A stretch of DNA of 63,846 nucleotides, the filler included, from Reclinomonas americana ATCC 50394 (lineage: Eukaryota): the NCBI GenBank assembly GCA_048213135.1. It is 6 parts of 4 records of this genome, joined end to end, with 100 filler letters (N's around TTAATTAATTAA, not from the genome) between each part and the next. Parts side by side here need not be neighbours in the genome. Positions count along the whole stretch, not along the records: positions 51,333 to 62,336 come from PS015050.1; positions 62,437 to 63,846 come from PS015060.1; 4 more parts are not named here. The stretch is one strand, 5' to 3'. The notes below the pieces were generated by a model that was given only the letters and a program-made list of their open reading frames with translations, did not search any database and had not been told where the DNA came from. The translations under genes and the position numbers were made by a program. This document shows, in pieces, positions 61,696 through 63,846 of the stretch. The first letter of the stretch is position 1. Each line of letters begins with the position of its first letter.

Positions 61696-62336
61696 ATGCC
61701 ATTCGCGCTCGTCCGCAACTGCCGGCCCATCCGGCTGGCATCGCCCTCTGCCTCCTCTGTGCCCTCCTCCTCCTCCTCCTCAGGCAGCAGCATGCCCTCG
61801 ATCGATGCCAAGCACGTACTGGCCGCGGTGCTGGCGGCGATGCGAGCGACCACTGGAGTCTCACAGCAGAGCGTGCCGTACACGACTGCGCGCACCACTC
61901 GGTGTCGCCAGGCGGTGTTTGAGTTGTCCGCGCATGTGGAGCGACTGGTGCACAGCGCCGAGGCGTTGGGATGGACGCGTCCGCCCGCGGTTCTTGGCGA
62001 GGCCGATCGGCAGCGCATTGCACAGAGCATGGCTGCCTGTGCGCGGGCGTTTGCTGCCACTGAGGAAGAAGAGGCGGAAGAGAGCAGAGCACGGGAGCTG
62101 CGATTCACGGTGTTGTTGGTGCCGGGGACGCTGCGGGTGCCGGAGTGGATGACAGAGGAGGATGATGAGCAGACGAGAAGAAGCAGTGACGATTGGTTTG
62201 ATGTCGTGTGTCATGCGTCGCTGTTGCCGGGTGTGCCGCGACCGCCGGTCAAGGTGGAGGTCCGCGGTGCGCCGCGCAAGAACTCGCTGGCCAAGGACTC
62301 GCAGTGGGTGCTTGATCGGGCAGGCATTGAGGTGCG
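61696..62336 (+). CDS. Hypothetical protein; 3' end truncated
   Basis: Open frame of more than 200 codons with protein-like composition. No family recognised and the start is uncertain. Confidence 0.45.
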
Positions 62337-62436
62337 NNNNNNNNNNNNNNNNNNNNNNNNNNNNNNNNNNNNNNNNNNNNTTAATTAATTAANNNNNNNN
62401 NNNNNNNNNNNNNNNNNNNNNNNNNNNNNNNNNNNN

Positions 62437-62622
62437 AAGGGGAGGGAAGGGAGGGAAGGGAGGGAAGGGAGGGAAGGGAGGGAAGGGAGGCAAGGGAGGG
62501 AAGGGAGGGAAGGGAGGCAAGGGAGGCAAGGGAGGCAAGGGAGGCAAGGGAGGGAAGGAGGGAAGGGAGGGAAGGAGGGAAGGGAGGGAAGGGAGGGGAA
62601 GAGAGGAAGAGGGAAGGGAGGG
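62437..62622 (+). repeat. Purine-rich 9-mer minisatellite (AAGGGAGGG/CAAGGGAGG)n
   Basis: About 20 tandem units at the scaffold start; purely G/A apart from a few C variants. Confidence 0.9.
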
Positions 62623-62699
62623 TGAGAACAAGAGTCACTGAATGTGTGCAGTGAGGGCGAAGGCGCCTGGTCTTTAGTGTGTATGTGTGTGTGAGAGAG

Positions 62700-63022
62700 A
62701 GGTGGGAGAGACAAAAGAGAGAAAGAGGGACAAGTCATGTTTGCAAGATGATGCTTGATACGATATGTGCGTCCGTGCGAGATAGATCGACGAGAGCACC
62801 ACGCCAGCGATCACGATAAGCGTCGCGAGAGGACGAAGAAGCACAATGCAGGAGAGGAGAAATGTGTCAATCATCTCTCTGTGCGTATATCACAGATGTG
62901 TGCAGTGAAGACTCGAGACCGGATACACGCGTGCAATCACAGAGCAACAGAGACAACAAGCGAAAGAGAGAGGAAAAAAGAGAGGGAGAAACTGAGAGAG
63001 AGGGAGAAAGAATGAGTGTGCT

Positions 63023-63064
<42 letters not shown>

Positions 63065-63262
63065 GCGCATGGAAGAAGAGAGTCGCACGAACATCACGAG
63101 GTGGTAACATGAGCGCAGCGCACTCGCAAGCTCCAAAAAAATACAGATACTTCCGTTCGACAATGTTTTGGAGGGAAAAGCCGTTACACACAACAAAGAA
63201 GACAAGGAAGTCCACGAGCAAAACACAAGAGCAGAGGGAGAAAGGACCACGTGAACGGCTGC
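62700..63262 (-). CDS. Possible exons of a membrane protein
   Basis: Hydrophobic open segments LLVDFLVFFVVCNG and FLLSCIVLLRPLATLIVIAGVVLSSIYL, flanked by CT/CA-rich intron-like sequence. No complete model could be built. Confidence 0.3.
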
Positions 63263-63686
63263 ATTACGTGCAGAGGGCAGAAGGAAGCAGCGCAGCGGTA
63301 GTGCAAAATTTGCATAGCAGCACTGCTTGCATGCATACGTGAGAGCGCGGTGTGCATGCTCTCGTGTATCTCTGCTAAGAGAGGAGAAAAGAAACGGTTT
63401 CTCGAAGTGTTTTGTGAAGAAACATGGTGAGGCCCTTGTGTAAGGTGCAGGTGGGAAACCAAATTAAACAAGTTCAAGAACACGTTGTGGGCGCACGCTG
63501 GAGGCACTAACGGCATCGCAACCGCACAGTTGTGAGCGAAGGCCAGACAGTGCACGGTGCAGAGGGTCGGTGAACGAGAGTGAGGCAGGAGAAAGTGGAG
63601 GCAGAATGAATTCGCGAAGGCGAAAACAATTGCAAATGCACAAGTGACCACAATGGCAGGAAGGAATGTACCCGCCGAGGGAAGTG

Positions 63687-63727
<41 letters not shown>

Positions 63728-63846
63728 CGCGACGAAAACCCCAAGGTGGACTCTCACCTACTTCTCTCGCCACGCGCGGGGAAAGATGAAACGGTAAAAG
63801 TGCTCGGAATTTCGACTGTAACTCAAGTGTAAACCGAGATGTACAC

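Noticed and set aside
62381-62738. Pro/Leu/Ser-repeat ORFs as extensin- or collagen-like proteins
   Set aside because: They are translations of a simple purine minisatellite next to a gap, with no supporting gene structure.
1-63846. Alternative genetic code or stop-codon readthrough
   Set aside because: In-frame stops fall inside recognisable introns, and TAA (7044), TGA (8798) and TAG (37306) all serve as plausible terminators.
1-63846. rRNA, tRNA, snRNA genes or transposase/reverse-transcriptase ORFs
   Set aside because: None recognised by eye; a covariance-model scan would be needed to exclude small RNAs.

Overview
This is GC-rich, gene-dense and very intron-rich eukaryotic (protist-like) genomic DNA, not prokaryotic. 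It consists of about six draft scaffolds joined by N-flanked TTAATTAATTAA spacers, with additional internal N gaps. I traced about 25 spliced protein-coding genes by hand; most introns are 60-110 nt. They include a mitochondrial carrier, a large secreted Ig-like/PSI/PPC/L-type-lectin protein, an MBOAT, an OXLD1-like gene, a DGQHR/ParB-like gene, Claspin/Mrc1-like and LLPH-like genes, a GNAT, a WD40-FN3-pseudokinase, a Macro-RasGEF, an ALKBH2/3-like gene, a double-dsRBD protein, a Kelch-FN3 protein, an NLR-like UBL-HEPN-NACHT gene with pentapeptide/WD40 pieces, and a MAPK/CDK-like kinase. The most striking signal is the splicing system. About 34 frame-consistent introns (one ambiguous; roughly one in five of those traced, a manual estimate) use a one-nucleotide-shifted 5' splice site, H|GTTGCG (mostly GTTGCGT), and none has G at exon position -1, whereas ordinary GTGCGT/GTGAGT donors mostly do. 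The kinase gene also appears to contain a 1-nt microexon and a U2-like AT-AC intron. Genes are packed so tightly that stop codons abut or coding regions overlap. All gene models are manual and untested by RNA data or database searches.
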